A stretch of 64,000 bases of DNA from Anaerolineae bacterium (GCA_034437215.1 DAOTVC010000079.1:17845-81844); one strand, 5' to 3'. Shown: positions 1 through 10,928, counted from the stretch's first letter. Translations and numbers: made by a program. The notes: generated by a model not told the origin, from the sequence alone.

Positions 1-139
1 GAAATGACTTGAGCCCCAGCAGACTGCAAGCGTTCTCGAAGGACGCTTACAATGTCCAAGTCATTTCGCTTTCAGTCCCTACCTCTCAGCTGACAGAGAC
101 GGCGCACCGTAACCCGGTGCGCCGTCTTCTTGCCCGACC

Positions 140-2569
140 TCACTCCGCGGTGGACGCGTTCTCCTGCTCTGGTTCTTCCTCTTCGGCCAGCAGGACCACA
201 TCGAGTACTTCATCCATGGAGTTGACGAGGACGATCTCCAGGTTCTTGAGGATGTGCTTCGGAATCTCCTGCAGGTCGACCCGGTTGCGCTCGGGCAGGA
301 TGACGACCCTGGCGTCGGCACGGTGAGCCGCCAGGAGCTTCTCCTTGACCCCCCCCACGGGTAGGATGCGACCCCGCAGGGTAACCTCTCCGGTCATCGT
401 GACCTCCCGACGCACGGCGTAGTCGGTAAAGGCGGAGAAGAGGGCCGTCGCCATGGTGATCCCGCCCGAGGGCCCATCCTTGGGAATGGCGCCCTCCGGA
501 AGGTGGATGTGGATATCGACCTTATCGAAGTCTTCGGGGTCGATGTCCCAGGCCTCGGCCTGGGAACGTAGATAGGTGATGGCGGCCTGCGCCGACTCCT
601 GCATGACCTCTCCCATCTGCCCGGTCAGGGTGACGGTGCCCTTCCCCGGCATCAAGGCCACTTCCACAGGGAGCAGATCGCCCCCATTGGGCGTCCACGC
701 CATCCCCATGGCGACCCCGACCTCGTTCTCCTGCTCCAGGCGCTCATGGATGTAACGGGGAGGGCCCAGGTGTCTTTCCACGGTCTTCGGCGTGATCGTC
801 ATCATCTGCCGCTTGTTCTCCGCCAGACGGCGCGTCGCCTTTCTACAGAGCCCGCCGATCTCGCGCTCCAGATTTCGCACGCCGGCCTCGTAGGTGTACT
901 CGCTGATGAGCAGGCGCAGCGTCTTCTCGGAGAAGTGCGGCGCGTGACCGGTCAACCCATTGATCTCCACTTGGCGGGGGATGAGGAAGCGCTTGGCAAT
1001 CTCGATCTTCTCCTCCTCGGTGTAGCCCGGGAACTCGATCACCTCCATGCGATCCTCGAGGGCCGGCGGGATAGGATCGAGCACATTCGCGGTGGCGATG
1101 AAGAGCACGTGGGAGAGGTCATAGGGAATCTCCAGGTAGTGATCCGAGAAGGCGTGATTCTGCTCGGGATCCAGCACCTCCAGGAGAGCCGCGGAGGGAT
1201 CGCCGCGGAAGTCCAGGCCCAGCTTGTCGACCTCGTCGAGCATAAATACGGGATTGATGGTCTCTGCCTGACGCACCGTCTGGATGATGCGCCCCGGCAG
1301 GGCCCCGATATAGGTGCGACGGTGCCCCCGGATCTCAGCCTCGTCCCGCACCCCGCCCAGAGAGATACGCACGAACTCCCGGCCGAGAGCTTCCGCGATG
1401 GAGCGGCCCAAGGAGGTCTTACCCGTGCCCGGAGGCCCTACGAAGCAGAGAATCGTGCTCTGGTTTTTCTCGCGGGCGAACTTTCGCACGGCGATGTACT
1501 CCAGGATGCGTTCCTTGGCCTTGGGTAACCCATAGTGGCGCGATTCGAGAATCTTCTCGGCATGCTGCAGATCGAGGTTGTCCTCACGTCTCTGGGTCCA
1601 AGGGAGGTGGATCAGCCAGTCCAGGTAGGTACGGATGATACCCACCTCGGGGGCCAGGGGCGACATCATCGTCAGGCGGGCCAGCTCCTCCTGTGCCCGC
1701 TGCTGGACGTGCTCGGGGAGCGCCGCTTCCTCGAGCTGCTCGTGGAGACGAGATACGTCCCGGGTGAAGGTGTCGGTCTCCCCCAGCTCCTGCTGGATGG
1801 CTCGAAGCTGCTCGCGCAGGAAGTACTCACGCTGCGTGCGATCTACCTCCCGCTGCACGTCCGTCTGGATCTTGTCCTCGAGCTCGAGGACGTCCAGCTC
1901 GCGTGCCAGCTGGCCGCTGATCTTCTGCAAGCGCTCGACAGTGTCGGCGGTCTCCAGGAGCTCCTGGTGCTCGTCGAGGGTGAGGCTGAGCATCTGGGCC
2001 ACGAGATCGGCCAACGGCCCCGGGGTATCGACGTTCATGGCGTAGATGTAAGCCTCGTCGGGCAGGCTGTTGTTCAGATGGACCACCTGCTCGAACATCT
2101 TCAGCACCGCCCGCATCAGGGCCTCCACGAGCGATCCGCTCTCGTTCTGCTCCTCCACGAGGGGCTCCACGAGCGCCGTCATATAGGGTTCGTCCTCGTA
2201 GACCTCCAGGATTCGCACGCGCTCGACGCCCTGAGAGATGGCGCTCGTCGTGCCGTCGGGTAGGCGGATGGAGCGGAGAATGAGCACTTCGGTGCCCACC
2301 CTGAAGAGGTCTTCGGGCTCCGGATAGTCGAGCTCCTCCTCCCCGGGCCTTTCTGCCACGACAACCAAGGGGCGGTTCTCGTTGATGGCAGTCTCGAGAG
2401 CGCGGATGGAAGGGGGACGTGCCACGTAGAGCGGTGTCACCATCTGCGGGTAGACGACGAGCTCGGGTAGCGGTATCAGAATCGCTTCGAAGGGGCCGTC
2501 GTCGTGGGCCATCCCATACTCGTCACCGTACATATCTTCAGGCATCAGAGGTAGTCTATCCCAATCCAT
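140..2569 (-). CDS. lon: ATP-dependent Lon protease
   Basis: 809 aa; Lon N-domain, Walker [24 protein letters not shown], protease motif PKDGPSGG. Confidence 0.97.
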   Translation of the reverse strand: MDWDRLPLMPEDMYGDEYGMAHDDGPFEAILIPLPELVVYPQMVTPLYVARPPSIRALETAINENRPLVVVAERPGEEELDYPEPEDLFRVGTEVLILRSIRLPDGTTSAISQGVERVRILEVYEDEPYMTALVEPLVEEQNESGSLVEALMRAVLKMFEQVVHLNNSLPDEAYIYAMNVDTPGPLADLVAQMLSLTLDEHQELLETADTVERLQKISGQLARELDVLELEDKIQTDVQREVDRTQREYFLREQLRAIQQELGETDTFTRDVSRLHEQLEEAALPEHVQQRAQEELARLTMMSPLAPEVGIIRTYLDWLIHLPWTQRREDNLDLQHAEKILESRHYGLPKAKERILEYIAVRKFAREKNQSTILCFVGPPGTGKTSLGRSIAEALGREFVRISLGGVRDEAEIRGHRRTYIGALPGRIIQTVRQAETINPVFMLDEVDKLGLDFRGDPSAALLEVLDPEQNHAFSDHYLEIPYDLSHVLFIATANVLDPIPPALEDRMEVIEFPGYTEEEKIEIAKRFLIPRQVEINGLTGHAPHFSEKTLRLLISEYTYEAGVRNLEREIGGLCRKATRRLAENKRQMMTITPKTVERHLGPPRYIHERLEQENEVGVAMGMAWTPNGGDLLPVEVALMPGKGTVTLTGQMGEVMQESAQAAITYLRSQAEAWDIDPEDFDKVDIHIHLPEGAIPKDGPSGGITMATALFSAFTDYAVRREVTMTGEVTLRGRILPVGGVKEKLLAAHRADARVVILPERNRVDLQEIPKHILKNLEIVLVNSMDEVLDVVLLAEEEEPEQENASTAE

Positions 2570-2575
2570 GTCTCT

Positions 2576-3943
2576 TCACTTTTCCCAGGGTTCGTCGTCC
2601 CAATCTCTCTGGGGCAGCGGGAAGGGTTGGCGGCGCGCCCAAACCTCACGGATCTCTGCGACCAGAAAGATAGAGCCCGTGGCTACGATACCCATCTTCG
2701 GTTCCAGGCGCCTGCAAGCCTGTTCCAGCGCCCGTTCGGGATTGACAGCGATCTCGGCGCCGAAGCCCAGATCGGCGCACTGATCGGCCAGAGCGTAGGG
2801 CGCCGCGGCTCGGGGATGGTAGGAGCGGGTCACGATGACGTGCTCGGTGGCCGGCAGCAGGGCCTGGAGCATGCCTTCGATGTCCTTGTCGTTGGAGGCG
2901 CCGTAGATGAGGACCCAGCGGGTCTCGGGGAACCAGCTCCGTAGGGAGTCGACCAGGGTCTGAGCGGAGTAGGGGTTGTGGGCGCTGTCGACGACCAGTA
3001 ACGGCTCGCGATTGAGGACCTCCATGCGTCCGGGCCAGCGGGTCCCATCGAGGCCCTGCGTCACTACCTCCTCCGTAATCCAGGTCTGTCCCTGCTCGCG
3101 CAGCACGTCAAGGGTGGCGATAGCGGTCGCAGCGTTTTCCTGTTGGAAGTCGCCCAAGAGCGGGATGTGATACTGCCCCGCCAGGGGAGAGGCTTCGGAG
3201 GTGGTAGTGAGAGTCAACGTCTGCCCCGCAAAGGAGCGCTCCCCAGACTTCCACGTCCACTCTCGTCCTACCAGGACGAAAGGGGCATCGCGCTGGTCGG
3301 CGATCTGCTCCAGCACGGCGACGGCTGCGGGGCGTTGGGGAGCAGAGACGACGGGGATACCCGCTTTGATGATGCCCCCCTTCTCCCCCGCGATCTCCTC
3401 GAGGGTGTCACCCAGGAGATAGGTGTGATCGAGGCTGAGGGAGGTGATGACGCTGACCAGGGGGGTGATCACGTTGGTGGCATCCAGTCGTCCCCCTAGC
3501 CCCACTTCGATGACCGCCAGATCTACCTCCTGCCGGGCGAAGTAGAGAAAGGCCAACGATGTGGTGACCTCGAAGATGGTCAGACCGGGCACCGTTTCGA
3601 TCGCGGGCTGCAGCTCCTCGACAAGACGGGCCATCACCTCGCGGGGGATGGGCTCTCCGTCGACCTGCAGACGTTCACGATAGGTGTGAAGGTGCGGTGA
3701 GGTGTAGAGCCCCACCTTGAGACCGGCGGCCTGGACCACCGCCGCCAGCATGGCCGATACGGAACCCTTGCCTTTCGTGCCTGCAACGTGAATCTTGGGA
3801 TACTGCTCCTGCGGGTTCCCCAACTGTGCCAGAAAGTCAATGACCCGCTCGAGCCGGAACTCTTCGGGTGTGTACCGTTCGATACGGCGTTTCTCGTAGT
3901 CGACGAGACTGTACAGATAGCGTAAGGCGTCGTGATATTCCAT
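2576..3943 (-). CDS. folC: Folylpolyglutamate synthase/dihydrofolate synthase
   Basis: HVAGTKGKGS, YTSPHL, EVGLGGRLDATN, WPGRME motifs. Confidence 0.95.
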   Translation of the reverse strand: MEYHDALRYLYSLVDYEKRRIERYTPEEFRLERVIDFLAQLGNPQEQYPKIHVAGTKGKGSVSAMLAAVVQAAGLKVGLYTSPHLHTYRERLQVDGEPIPREVMARLVEELQPAIETVPGLTIFEVTTSLAFLYFARQEVDLAVIEVGLGGRLDATNVITPLVSVITSLSLDHTYLLGDTLEEIAGEKGGIIKAGIPVVSAPQRPAAVAVLEQIADQRDAPFVLVGREWTWKSGERSFAGQTLTLTTTSEASPLAGQYHIPLLGDFQQENAATAIATLDVLREQGQTWITEEVVTQGLDGTRWPGRMEVLNREPLLVVDSAHNPYSAQTLVDSLRSWFPETRWVLIYGASNDKDIEGMLQALLPATEHVIVTRSYHPRAAAPYALADQCADLGFGAEIAVNPERALEQACRRLEPKMGIVATGSIFLVAEIREVWARRQPFPLPQRDWDDEPWEK

Positions 3944-4058
3944 CCTGCTCTTCCCATCTCAGCGATAAGTAGCGGAGCCGACCTGCAGCTCCGTCGGAAT
4001 TCTACTCACTTTCCGGTGGTTGACAAGGCCTCTGTGAAAGGTGGGGGCGAAGGTGAGT

Positions 4059-5078
4059 CTACACCAGCTGCAGGTCCGGCTCGATGTCCAGATCCCACGC
4101 GGCGCGCACGCCGGCTTGGTGGCGATAGGTGCCTGCCGCGGCGATCATCGCTCCATTATCCGTGCAGAGTTCCAAGGGCGCGGTGTAGACGGGGAGGGTG
4201 ACCCGCGCCCGAACCGCCATGCGCAGGGCCAGATTGGCGGAGACACCCCCGGAGAGGAGGATGGCCTTGACGCCATACTCGCGGGCCGCCTCGACGCTCT
4301 TCTCTGCCAGAACCTCGGCGACCGAGGCCTGGAAGGAGGCGGACATGTCCGCGACGAGACGGGGAGGGCGGGCTGTACCATAGTGCTTCAAGGCGCGCAG
4401 CACGGCCGTCTTCAGCCCGCTGAAGCTGAAGTCGTAGGTGCCGGGAAGCCAAGCCCGGGGCAGATTGAAAGCCCGGGGGTTACCGTTGCGGGCTGCCTCT
4501 TCGACGGCGGGACCACCGGGATAGCCCAGATCGAGCATGCGCGCGACCTTATCGAAGGCCTCACCGGCGGCGTCGTCCAGGGTTCCTCCGAGATACTCGT
4601 AGTCGGCGTGGGAGCGCATGAGGACGAGCTGCGTGTGCCCGCCGGAGACGATGAGGACGAGGAGCGGGAACTCCAGATTGCCATTGGCGGCCCCCTCGGC
4701 GCCGGTTTCCAGCCAGTGAGCGTAGAGGTGACCTTCGAGGTGATTGACGGGGACGAGGGGAAGAGCGCGTCCTAACGCGGCGCCCTTGGCAAAGTTCAGC
4801 CCTACGAGCAGGGAGCCGGGCAGGCCCGGTCCGTAGGTCACGGCGATGGCATCCAGATCCTGCCATGCGACGTGCGCTCGCTGGAGGGCCTGCTGCACGA
4901 CGGGGACGATGGCCTTGACGTGGGCGCGGGAGGCCATCTCCGGATAGACGCCGCCGTATTGGGCGTGGAGCTCCACCTGCGAGGCAATCACGTTCGAAAG
5001 AATGATGCGGCCGTCTTCCACGACGGCTGCCGCTGTCTCATCACAAGAGGTCTCAATTCCCAGAACGCGCAGACTCAT
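4059..5078 (-). CDS. tsaD: tRNA N6-adenosine threonylcarbamoyltransferase TsaD
   Basis: LGIETSCDETAAA, NHLEGH, SGGHT, DDAAGEAFDK, FSFSGLKT, CTDNGAMIA. Confidence 0.97.
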   Translation of the reverse strand: MSLRVLGIETSCDETAAAVVEDGRIILSNVIASQVELHAQYGGVYPEMASRAHVKAIVPVVQQALQRAHVAWQDLDAIAVTYGPGLPGSLLVGLNFAKGAALGRALPLVPVNHLEGHLYAHWLETGAEGAANGNLEFPLLVLIVSGGHTQLVLMRSHADYEYLGGTLDDAAGEAFDKVARMLDLGYPGGPAVEEAARNGNPRAFNLPRAWLPGTYDFSFSGLKTAVLRALKHYGTARPPRLVADMSASFQASVAEVLAEKSVEAAREYGVKAILLSGGVSANLALRMAVRARVTLPVYTAPLELCTDNGAMIAAAGTYRHQAGVRAAWDLDIEPDLQLV

Positions 5079-5103
5079 GGTCCTTCCTTTTTAACTTCCC
5101 TCA

Positions 5104-6348
5104 CTAGGACACCGGGATGACAAGATCGTAGGGGCAGGCGGTCAGGTTGTGCACCTCACCTTCGTTGTCGATCCAGATAACGTCCTCCAGCCGGCATCCC
5201 ATCCCCGCTTCCGGGTAGTAGAGGCCCGGCTCGAGGGTGAAGACATGTCCGGGCTGCAGTCGGTAGCGGTTATCGGGAGTATCGCGAAAGCTGGGGGCCT
5301 CGTGCAACTTGAGACCCAACCCATGGCCCACGCCGTGCACGTACCCTTCGAGGGTCCTGGGGTCATCACAGATGGTGGGGTGGCCCCGCTGCTCGTAGAA
5401 GGAGCAGGTCCGGCGTTGATAATCTCCCGTCTCCCTACCGGGCATCACCTCAGCGATCAGCATCTGGAGACAGTCGCGGGTCTCGCTGTGGAGACGGACG
5501 ACCTCCTCCGGGGCGTAGCCCAGACAGAAGGTGCGGGTCAGATCGAAGAAGTAGCCTCCCCCCGCTTCGCAGGGGAAGATGTCGAAGACAATGCTCTCAC
5601 CCAGACGCACGGCCTTGGAGAGCGTCCCCTGGCTGTGGGGAATGCCGGCGTCCCGTCCCGTCGCAAAGATGAAGCCTTCGGGTACCTCTAACCCCTGCAG
5701 GGCCACGAGGCGGTGGATGTGAGCGTGGACGTGCCCCACCAGCAGCTCGCTGCCGTCCGCCCGCAGCAGGATCTCGTCCCGGCTGACGTTGTGCCGGCGA
5801 AGATAGATCAGCAGCTCCTGAACAACTTCGACGGTGCGCCGTCCTACCTCCGCGATACGCTCCACCTCCTCCACGGACTTGGTCGCTCGGGCCTCCGTGA
5901 TAAGATCGTCTCCGATCTCACCCACCACCTCGATTCCGGGCGTGGCCTCCTGAAGAGCCCGCAGCAGGACGTAGGCCTGGCCCTGATCCTGCATGCCGTA
6001 AAAGGCTACCCGCCCCGCGACCCCCTCCTCAGCGAGGATCCGTTGGAGGAAGGCCACCTCTGCCTTGAGGACGTCGCCCTCGTAACGTTGCAGAAGTCCT
6101 CTGTAGTCATAATGGGTGTCGAGAACGATAGGGAGACCTGCGGACTGGGCGACCTCTCGTTCCATGGCGCGTACCACGAGCAGAGGCGTGGCTCCGCGAC
6201 GTTTGAGCACGATAGCGTCCATGAGGGACGCCCCGTTGGTCAGATAGTGGAGGGGTGGGTTGCCGTGGACGGCACCGCGGACGAGTAGGGCATCCAGGTT
6301 ACGCCTCTCCATCAGCCGATCTAGATCACGTTGCATGTAACTCCTCAA
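5104..6348 (-). CDS. M24 family (Xaa-Pro) aminopeptidase
   Basis: Pita-bread metal ligand motifs DLTRT, HGVGHGLG..HEAP, TLEPG, RLED. Confidence 0.88.
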   Translation of the reverse strand: MRSYMQRDLDRLMERRNLDALLVRGAVHGNPPLHYLTNGASLMDAIVLKRRGATPLLVVRAMEREVAQSAGLPIVLDTHYDYRGLLQRYEGDVLKAEVAFLQRILAEEGVAGRVAFYGMQDQGQAYVLLRALQEATPGIEVVGEIGDDLITEARATKSVEEVERIAEVGRRTVEVVQELLIYLRRHNVSRDEILLRADGSELLVGHVHAHIHRLVALQGLEVPEGFIFATGRDAGIPHSQGTLSKAVRLGESIVFDIFPCEAGGGYFFDLTRTFCLGYAPEEVVRLHSETRDCLQMLIAEVMPGRETGDYQRRTCSFYEQRGHPTICDDPRTLEGYVHGVGHGLGLKLHEAPSFRDTPDNRYRLQPGHVFTLEPGLYYPEAGMGCRLEDVIWIDNEGEVHNLTACPYDLVIPVS

Positions 6349-6462
6349 GCCTTTGTGGGATAGGTACGCGGAAGATTCTGCCCCGACCGCGCCGAATTGT
6401 CAAATCTCTGAGGTTACCTGCACTGAGGGAGGCGCGGTGGGGCTGCTCCTCGCAGCGCCACA

Positions 6463-8115
6463 TCACGATTGGCGCAGGATGGAGACCAAGACCCACACAC
6501 CGAGGATCAAGGCGACTCCAAAGGAGACATAGAGCACGGCTCGGACCCAGGTGATATCGATGGTAGCCGGGATGACCAGGGCAACGCCGATAGTGATGCC
6601 CGTGACGAGCAGGCTCAGCGCCAGCCGGGAGAAGAGATTGTCGAGACGGTCGAGGACCGACTTCTCGAGGGTCAAGGGGATGGGGTCGCGATTCTGCAGG
6701 CGTTGCAAGAGGAGCATGCCGGTACGAGGTACCTCGTCGAGAAGATCGCCCCACAGCAGACTGCGTCGCAACGTACGTTCCAACCAACGCCGGTTTGGAA
6801 GGACGATCTCGAAGAGCAGTTTGCGGACATAGGGTTTGGAAAAGGCGAAGATGTCGAAGCCGGGGTCGAGCTTGCGCCCGATCCCCTCCATCATCGCCAG
6901 TGTCTTGCCGAGCAGCCAGTAGTTGGAGGGGAGGTGCAGGTGGTGGCGGAAGACGATGGGGCGGATCTCGTTCATGACCCGCGCGGCGCTGACCTCCTTG
7001 AGGGGCAGGCCCTCATACCGCCGGAGAAGGCTGCTTATCTCCTGGGCGAGTTCCGAACGATCGACGTCCGCTGGCGCAGCCCCGATGTGCACGAGCTCGT
7101 CGACGACTCCGTGGGCATCCATCTGTACGCTCACGATATAGAGGCGGGTGAGATTGATGCGATCCTCATCACTCAGATAGCCGACCATGCCGAAGTCCAT
7201 CGCCCCAATGACCTCATCCTCCAGCACGACGAAGTTACCCGGATGGGGGTCGGCGTGGAAGAAGCCGTCTTCGAGGATCTCCTTGACGGTCAGTTGGGCT
7301 GCGTGCTTGGCGATCTGATGGCGGTCGTACCCTGCCGCCTCGAGGGCACCGATATTGTCGATCTTGATGCCCTCAAGTCGTTCCAGCACCAGCACCTTCT
7401 GGGTCGTATACTCCCAGTAGACCCTGGGGATATAGAGGGTGTGTTCCCCGGCGAAGTTCTCACGGAAGCGTTCCGCGTTGGTGGCCTCCTGCCGGTAGTT
7501 CATCTCGGCGTGCAGGGTGTCGGCGAACTCACGCGCGATCCCCTCGAGTTCGTAGACCTTGCCCAAGGCGGTGTGACGCTCCACGTACTGGGCCAGGTCG
7601 TGAAGGATCTCCAGATCCATCTCGATAGTCTTGCGGATATTGGGGCGTTGTACTTTAATGACGACCTCGGTGCCATCGGGGAGGATCGCAGCATGTACCT
7701 GTCCCAAGGAGGCAGCAGCCATCGGCTGTGGGGCGATGTGCCGGAAGAGGGTTCTCGGGGAGGCGTCCAGTTCCTCTTTGATAACACCTTGGATCTTTTC
7801 CCAGGCGACGGGCGGTACCGTGTCCTGCAGGCGACTCAACTCGGCGATATAGGCGGGGGGGAGGAGATCGGGGCGGGTGCTCAACACCTGGCCTAACTTG
7901 ATGAAGGTCGGTCCTAGGTCCTCCAACGCCTGCCGGAAGTGACTCGGCAGCGTCTGAGCCTCCACGCTGGGGCCACCGCGCAGCAGGTGGACCCACTTGC
8001 GCTGCATCGGCAGCTGGGTCAGTGCAAAGCCAAATCCGTGACGCACAAAGACGTTGAGGATGTGCTGGTAGCGGCGCAGGTGACGAATGTGGCGGACTAC
8101 GGCAAAGTTGGACAC
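6463..8115 (-). CDS. AarF/UbiB (ABC1) family atypical protein kinase with C-terminal TM helices
   Basis: LGPTFIKLGQ.LSTRPD, AASLGQVH, VIKVQRP, FFHADPHPGN, DFGMVG. Confidence 0.93.
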   Translation of the reverse strand: MSNFAVVRHIRHLRRYQHILNVFVRHGFGFALTQLPMQRKWVHLLRGGPSVEAQTLPSHFRQALEDLGPTFIKLGQVLSTRPDLLPPAYIAELSRLQDTVPPVAWEKIQGVIKEELDASPRTLFRHIAPQPMAAASLGQVHAAILPDGTEVVIKVQRPNIRKTIEMDLEILHDLAQYVERHTALGKVYELEGIAREFADTLHAEMNYRQEATNAERFRENFAGEHTLYIPRVYWEYTTQKVLVLERLEGIKIDNIGALEAAGYDRHQIAKHAAQLTVKEILEDGFFHADPHPGNFVVLEDEVIGAMDFGMVGYLSDEDRINLTRLYIVSVQMDAHGVVDELVHIGAAPADVDRSELAQEISSLLRRYEGLPLKEVSAARVMNEIRPIVFRHHLHLPSNYWLLGKTLAMMEGIGRKLDPGFDIFAFSKPYVRKLLFEIVLPNRRWLERTLRRSLLWGDLLDEVPRTGMLLLQRLQNRDPIPLTLEKSVLDRLDNLFSRLALSLLVTGITIGVALVIPATIDITWVRAVLYVSFGVALILGVWVLVSILRQS

Positions 8116-8145
8116 GTCTTCATCTACTCGGTTCTGATAAGGATA

Positions 8146-8181
8146 AGCGATCTCCGCCCGTGCAGGCGGGCGGAGATCGCT
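8146..8181. other. Perfect 15-bp stem hairpin between the 41-aa ORF and the UbiB-family gene (no U-tract)
   Basis: AGCGATCTCCGCCCG-TGCAGG-CGGGCGGAGATCGCT. Confidence 0.7.
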
Positions 8182-8205
8182 GGACAGCGTATGAACGTCG
8201 GGGCT

Positions 8206-8331
8206 CTAACCCGGCCAGTGGATCCCGATGTAGAACAATAGGATGAGCAGCGAGACAAAGAGCAAGCCGCGCCAGAGCATGGCGCTCAACGGATAGGATT
8301 CGTTAAAGGCTTCATCGTGGTTCTTTTGCAT
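8206..8331 (-). CDS. Small single-TM membrane protein, 41 aa (not in ORF track)
   Basis: Translated by hand: MQKNHDEAFNESYPLSAMLWRGLLFVSLLILLFYIGIHWPG*; AAGGGAGA SD; starts 11 nt after upstream stop. Confidence 0.65.
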   Translation of the reverse strand: MQKNHDEAFNESYPLSAMLWRGLLFVSLLILLFYIGIHWPG

Positions 8332-8342
8332 AGTTCTCCCTT

Positions 8343-8630
8343 TCACTTACCAGTATACGGTTCACGTAGATCGATGCTTTCCAGGGGAAACTCTTTTAAC
8401 AGCGTGGGACGCAGCGTGCGAACGAGAGCTGCTCGCTCCTCTTGGTTGACGCCCTCTAGGATCTGCGAGAGGTGCTCGCAGATGAGGGACTGAAAGAAGG
8501 ACGCACGTTGTTGGGGGGGCATGGAGCTGATCACGGTAGGGAGGAGGTTGTTCATCCTTTCCAACAGCTCCTCCGGTTCGCTGCTACGGAGATATTGGTT
8601 GATGAGGGTTTCCTTCCACCCTGGTGTCAT
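8343..8630 (-). CDS. Hypothetical protein, 95 aa
   Basis: 4-nt overlap with phasin-like gene stop, GAAGAGA SD, helical composition. Confidence 0.7.
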   Translation of the reverse strand: MTPGWKETLINQYLRSSEPEELLERMNNLLPTVISSMPPQQRASFFQSLICEHLSQILEGVNQEERAALVRTLRPTLLKEFPLESIDLREPYTGK

Positions 8631-8962
8631 GCACTCTCTTCCTCTGCTTCGTCCTTGTAGATTTCGGTCTGAAGTTGGGCCTTCAGGGTGGCGACCTCGG
8701 CTTCCAGACGCTCGACATCCTCAGCCGTGGCCAGATTCATCTCGTGCAGGGCGCGGTTCACTTCCTCGCGGGTCATCTTGCGGAAGGCTTGGCGCTCCTC
8801 TTCTCCACGCTCGACCAATTTCTCCGTCAGCTCCTGAACCTCTTCACGCGCAGCGCTCCCCTGCTTGACCATGTCCTCCACCACGGCATGCGCCTTTTCC
8901 CGGGTGAGGGAGAGGAGTCCGATACCGATGAGAAAGGTGCGTTCCAGTTGTTCCTTAAGCAT
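8627..8962 (-). CDS. Phasin-like (PHA granule-associated/regulator family) protein
   Basis: GIGLLSLTREKA..VEDMVKQG, NLATAEDVERLEAEV coiled-coil pattern; linked to UbiB kinase. Confidence 0.75.
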   Translation of the reverse strand: MLKEQLERTFLIGIGLLSLTREKAHAVVEDMVKQGSAAREEVQELTEKLVERGEEERQAFRKMTREEVNRALHEMNLATAEDVERLEAEVATLKAQLQTEIYKDEAEEESA

Positions 8963-9037
8963 GGTTACTACCTCCTGTGCATACTTGTAGGAATAGCGAT
9001 GGGATACCTTAATTATTATAACACTTTTTATGCCAGG

Positions 9038-9778
9038 TTAGAACCCCTTGATCCGGTATCTCACCAGAGTGCTGAGTACCGTAAAGCCATCGCGCCACGA
9101 GATCTTCTTCCCCTCGTGAAACTCACGTCCGGCATAGGAGATGGGGACCTCGTAGATGCGGTAGCCGCGGAGCAGGATCTGGGCCGTGATCTCGGGATCA
9201 AAGCCCCAACCTTTGGCCTTCAGCCTCAGTTGGTCTGCCACCTCCCGGGTAAAGACCTTGTAGCAGGTTTCCATGTCGGTGAGGATGGTGTTGTAGAGCA
9301 GATTCGTGGTAAAGGTGAGGAAGCGATTGCCCAACATGTGCCAGAAGAACATCGCCCGCGTTGGCCCACCCCGAAAGCGGGAGCCGTAGACCACCTGACT
9401 CTGCTTTTCGAAGATAGGCTGTAGAAGCTGGAGGTAGTCTCGTGGATCGTACTCCAGGTCCGCATCCTGGATCAGGAGCACATCGCCTGTGGCCTGCTGG
9501 AGTCCCGTCCATACCGCCGCGCCCTTACCCTGGTTGATCTCATGGAAGATGACTTCTACGTCCGGTTCATTGCGGAGAGTCTGGAGGTAGTCACGCGTGC
9601 CGTCCGTCGACCCATCATCGACGATGACGACCTCGCGGTCCAGGCTCACCACCTCTTCCTGAGCCTCGCCGGTCCAGATGGTCACCCTGAGGGGCACGGC
9701 GCGCACGCGGGCGACGATCTCCGCGATGGTCTCCATCTCGTTATACACGGGCATAATGATCGACAGTTTCAAGGGCAC
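9038..9778 (-). CDS. Glycosyltransferase family 2 (DPM/polyprenol-phosphate sugar transferase-like)
   Basis: LSIIMPVYNE, VDDGSTDGT, NQGKGAA, QDADLEYDP, DMETCYK. Confidence 0.92.
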   Translation of the reverse strand: MPLKLSIIMPVYNEMETIAEIVARVRAVPLRVTIWTGEAQEEVVSLDREVVIVDDGSTDGTRDYLQTLRNEPDVEVIFHEINQGKGAAVWTGLQQATGDVLLIQDADLEYDPRDYLQLLQPIFEKQSQVVYGSRFRGGPTRAMFFWHMLGNRFLTFTTNLLYNTILTDMETCYKVFTREVADQLRLKAKGWGFDPEITAQILLRGYRIYEVPISYAGREFHEGKKISWRDGFTVLSTLVRYRIKGF

Positions 9779-9798
9779 TCCTACACTTTGCTAGTCAT

Positions 9799-10527
9799 TC
9801 AAGTTGCACCTCGTCCACGAGGCCATATCCACTCCAATAGTATCTGTTGCTCGACATCCGTCAAGTCGCGCCACTCCCCCGGCTGGAGGTCGGCGGGCAG
9901 GCCCAGGGGGCCGACGGCCACCCTTACCAGACGTACGGTTGGGTGCCCAACGGCAGCCGTCATGCGTTTGATCTGCCGATTCATGCCTTCGAAGAGCACG
10001 ATGCGCAGCCAACTCGTCTTCTCCGGAGCAGGTAGCGGGCGCGGGCAGGCAGGCAGCGGAGGATGCGCTGTCAACATCTCCACGTCGGCGGGTCGGGTTA
10101 CTCCCGGTTTGATCTCCACGCCCTTCCGCAAATTCTGGAGGGCCTGCACCTGGGGCTCTCCCAGGACCAGAGCGAGATAGGTTTTGGGGTGATGGTAGCG
10201 AGGGTGGGTCAGGCGGTGGATAAGCTGCCCGTCGTCGGTGCTCAGGACGAGCCCCTCGCTGTCACGATCCAGACGGCCGGCGGACTTCAAGGCGGGAGAG
10301 ATCCCCAGCGTGGTCAGCGTCTCTCTCCCCAGGCGATCGCGTGTGGTGGAGAGCACGCCAAAGGGCTTATAGACAATCACGTACCGGAAGGAGGAGGTCA
10401 GGCCGTTCTTTCGGGTGGTTGCAGATCCCAGGCGGTGAGCTCGTCGAGCAGGGTGTAGGCGGTAAAGTCCAGTTGTACGGCGGCTCAGCGTGAGAACCGC
10501 GCGCGGTACCGACCGCGAGGTCTGCAA
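9799..10527 (-). CDS. rRNA pseudouridine synthase (RsuA/RluE family); start uncertain
   Basis: YKPFGVLS, AGRLDRDSEG catalytic Asp, KTYLA, EGMNRQIKRM. Confidence 0.88.
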   Translation of the reverse strand: MQTSRSVPRAVLTLSRRTTGLYRLHPARRAHRLGSATTRKNGLTSSFRYVIVYKPFGVLSTTRDRLGRETLTTLGISPALKSAGRLDRDSEGLVLSTDDGQLIHRLTHPRYHHPKTYLALVLGEPQVQALQNLRKGVEIKPGVTRPADVEMLTAHPPLPACPRPLPAPEKTSWLRIVLFEGMNRQIKRMTAAVGHPTVRLVRVAVGPLGLPADLQPGEWRDLTDVEQQILLEWIWPRGRGAT

Positions 10528-10619
10528 AGGTTAATAATTAGTTAGTCGCACTTGCATTTACTCAAACTTTCATATATAATCAGGATAGTCACTTATCGAT
10601 GTAGTGGTAGGAGGGACCA

Positions 10620-10928
10620 ATGAACATCATCAAAGTGGCTGCCAGTTCCCGTTCTACCGCCGTCGCAGGCGCGATTGCTGGTATTATTCGGGAGCAGAGG
10701 CACGTCGACGTACAGGCTATCGGTGCGGGCGCAGTTAACCAGGCTGTTAAAGCTGTGGCGATTGCCCGGGGATATCTCGACCTGGATGATATCGATATTG
10801 TTTGCATTCCCACCTTTTCCGAGGTTTTGATCGAGGGAAAGGAACGCACAGCGGTGCGTTTGAAGGTTATCGATGTCAAGAGGCTCGAGTCCTCGGAGGA
10901 GCCAGAGGAGCAAGAGAGGACAGTCTGA
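10620..10928 (+). CDS. spoVS: SpoVS family protein
   Basis: IKVAASS...VAGAIA, VQAIGAGAVNQAVKAVAIARGY signature. Confidence 0.93.
   Translation: MNIIKVAASSRSTAVAGAIAGIIREQRHVDVQAIGAGAVNQAVKAVAIARGYLDLDDIDIVCIPTFSEVLIEGKERTAVRLKVIDVKRLESSEEPEEQERTV

Noticed and set aside
1-67. Inverted repeat GAAATGACTTG/CAAGTCATTTC at the window start
   Set aside because: Truncated by the window edge; cannot distinguish a terminator from a REP-like element.
10620-10928. spoVS as evidence of sporulation
   Set aside because: SpoVS homologs are widespread in non-sporulating bacteria; no other spo genes here.
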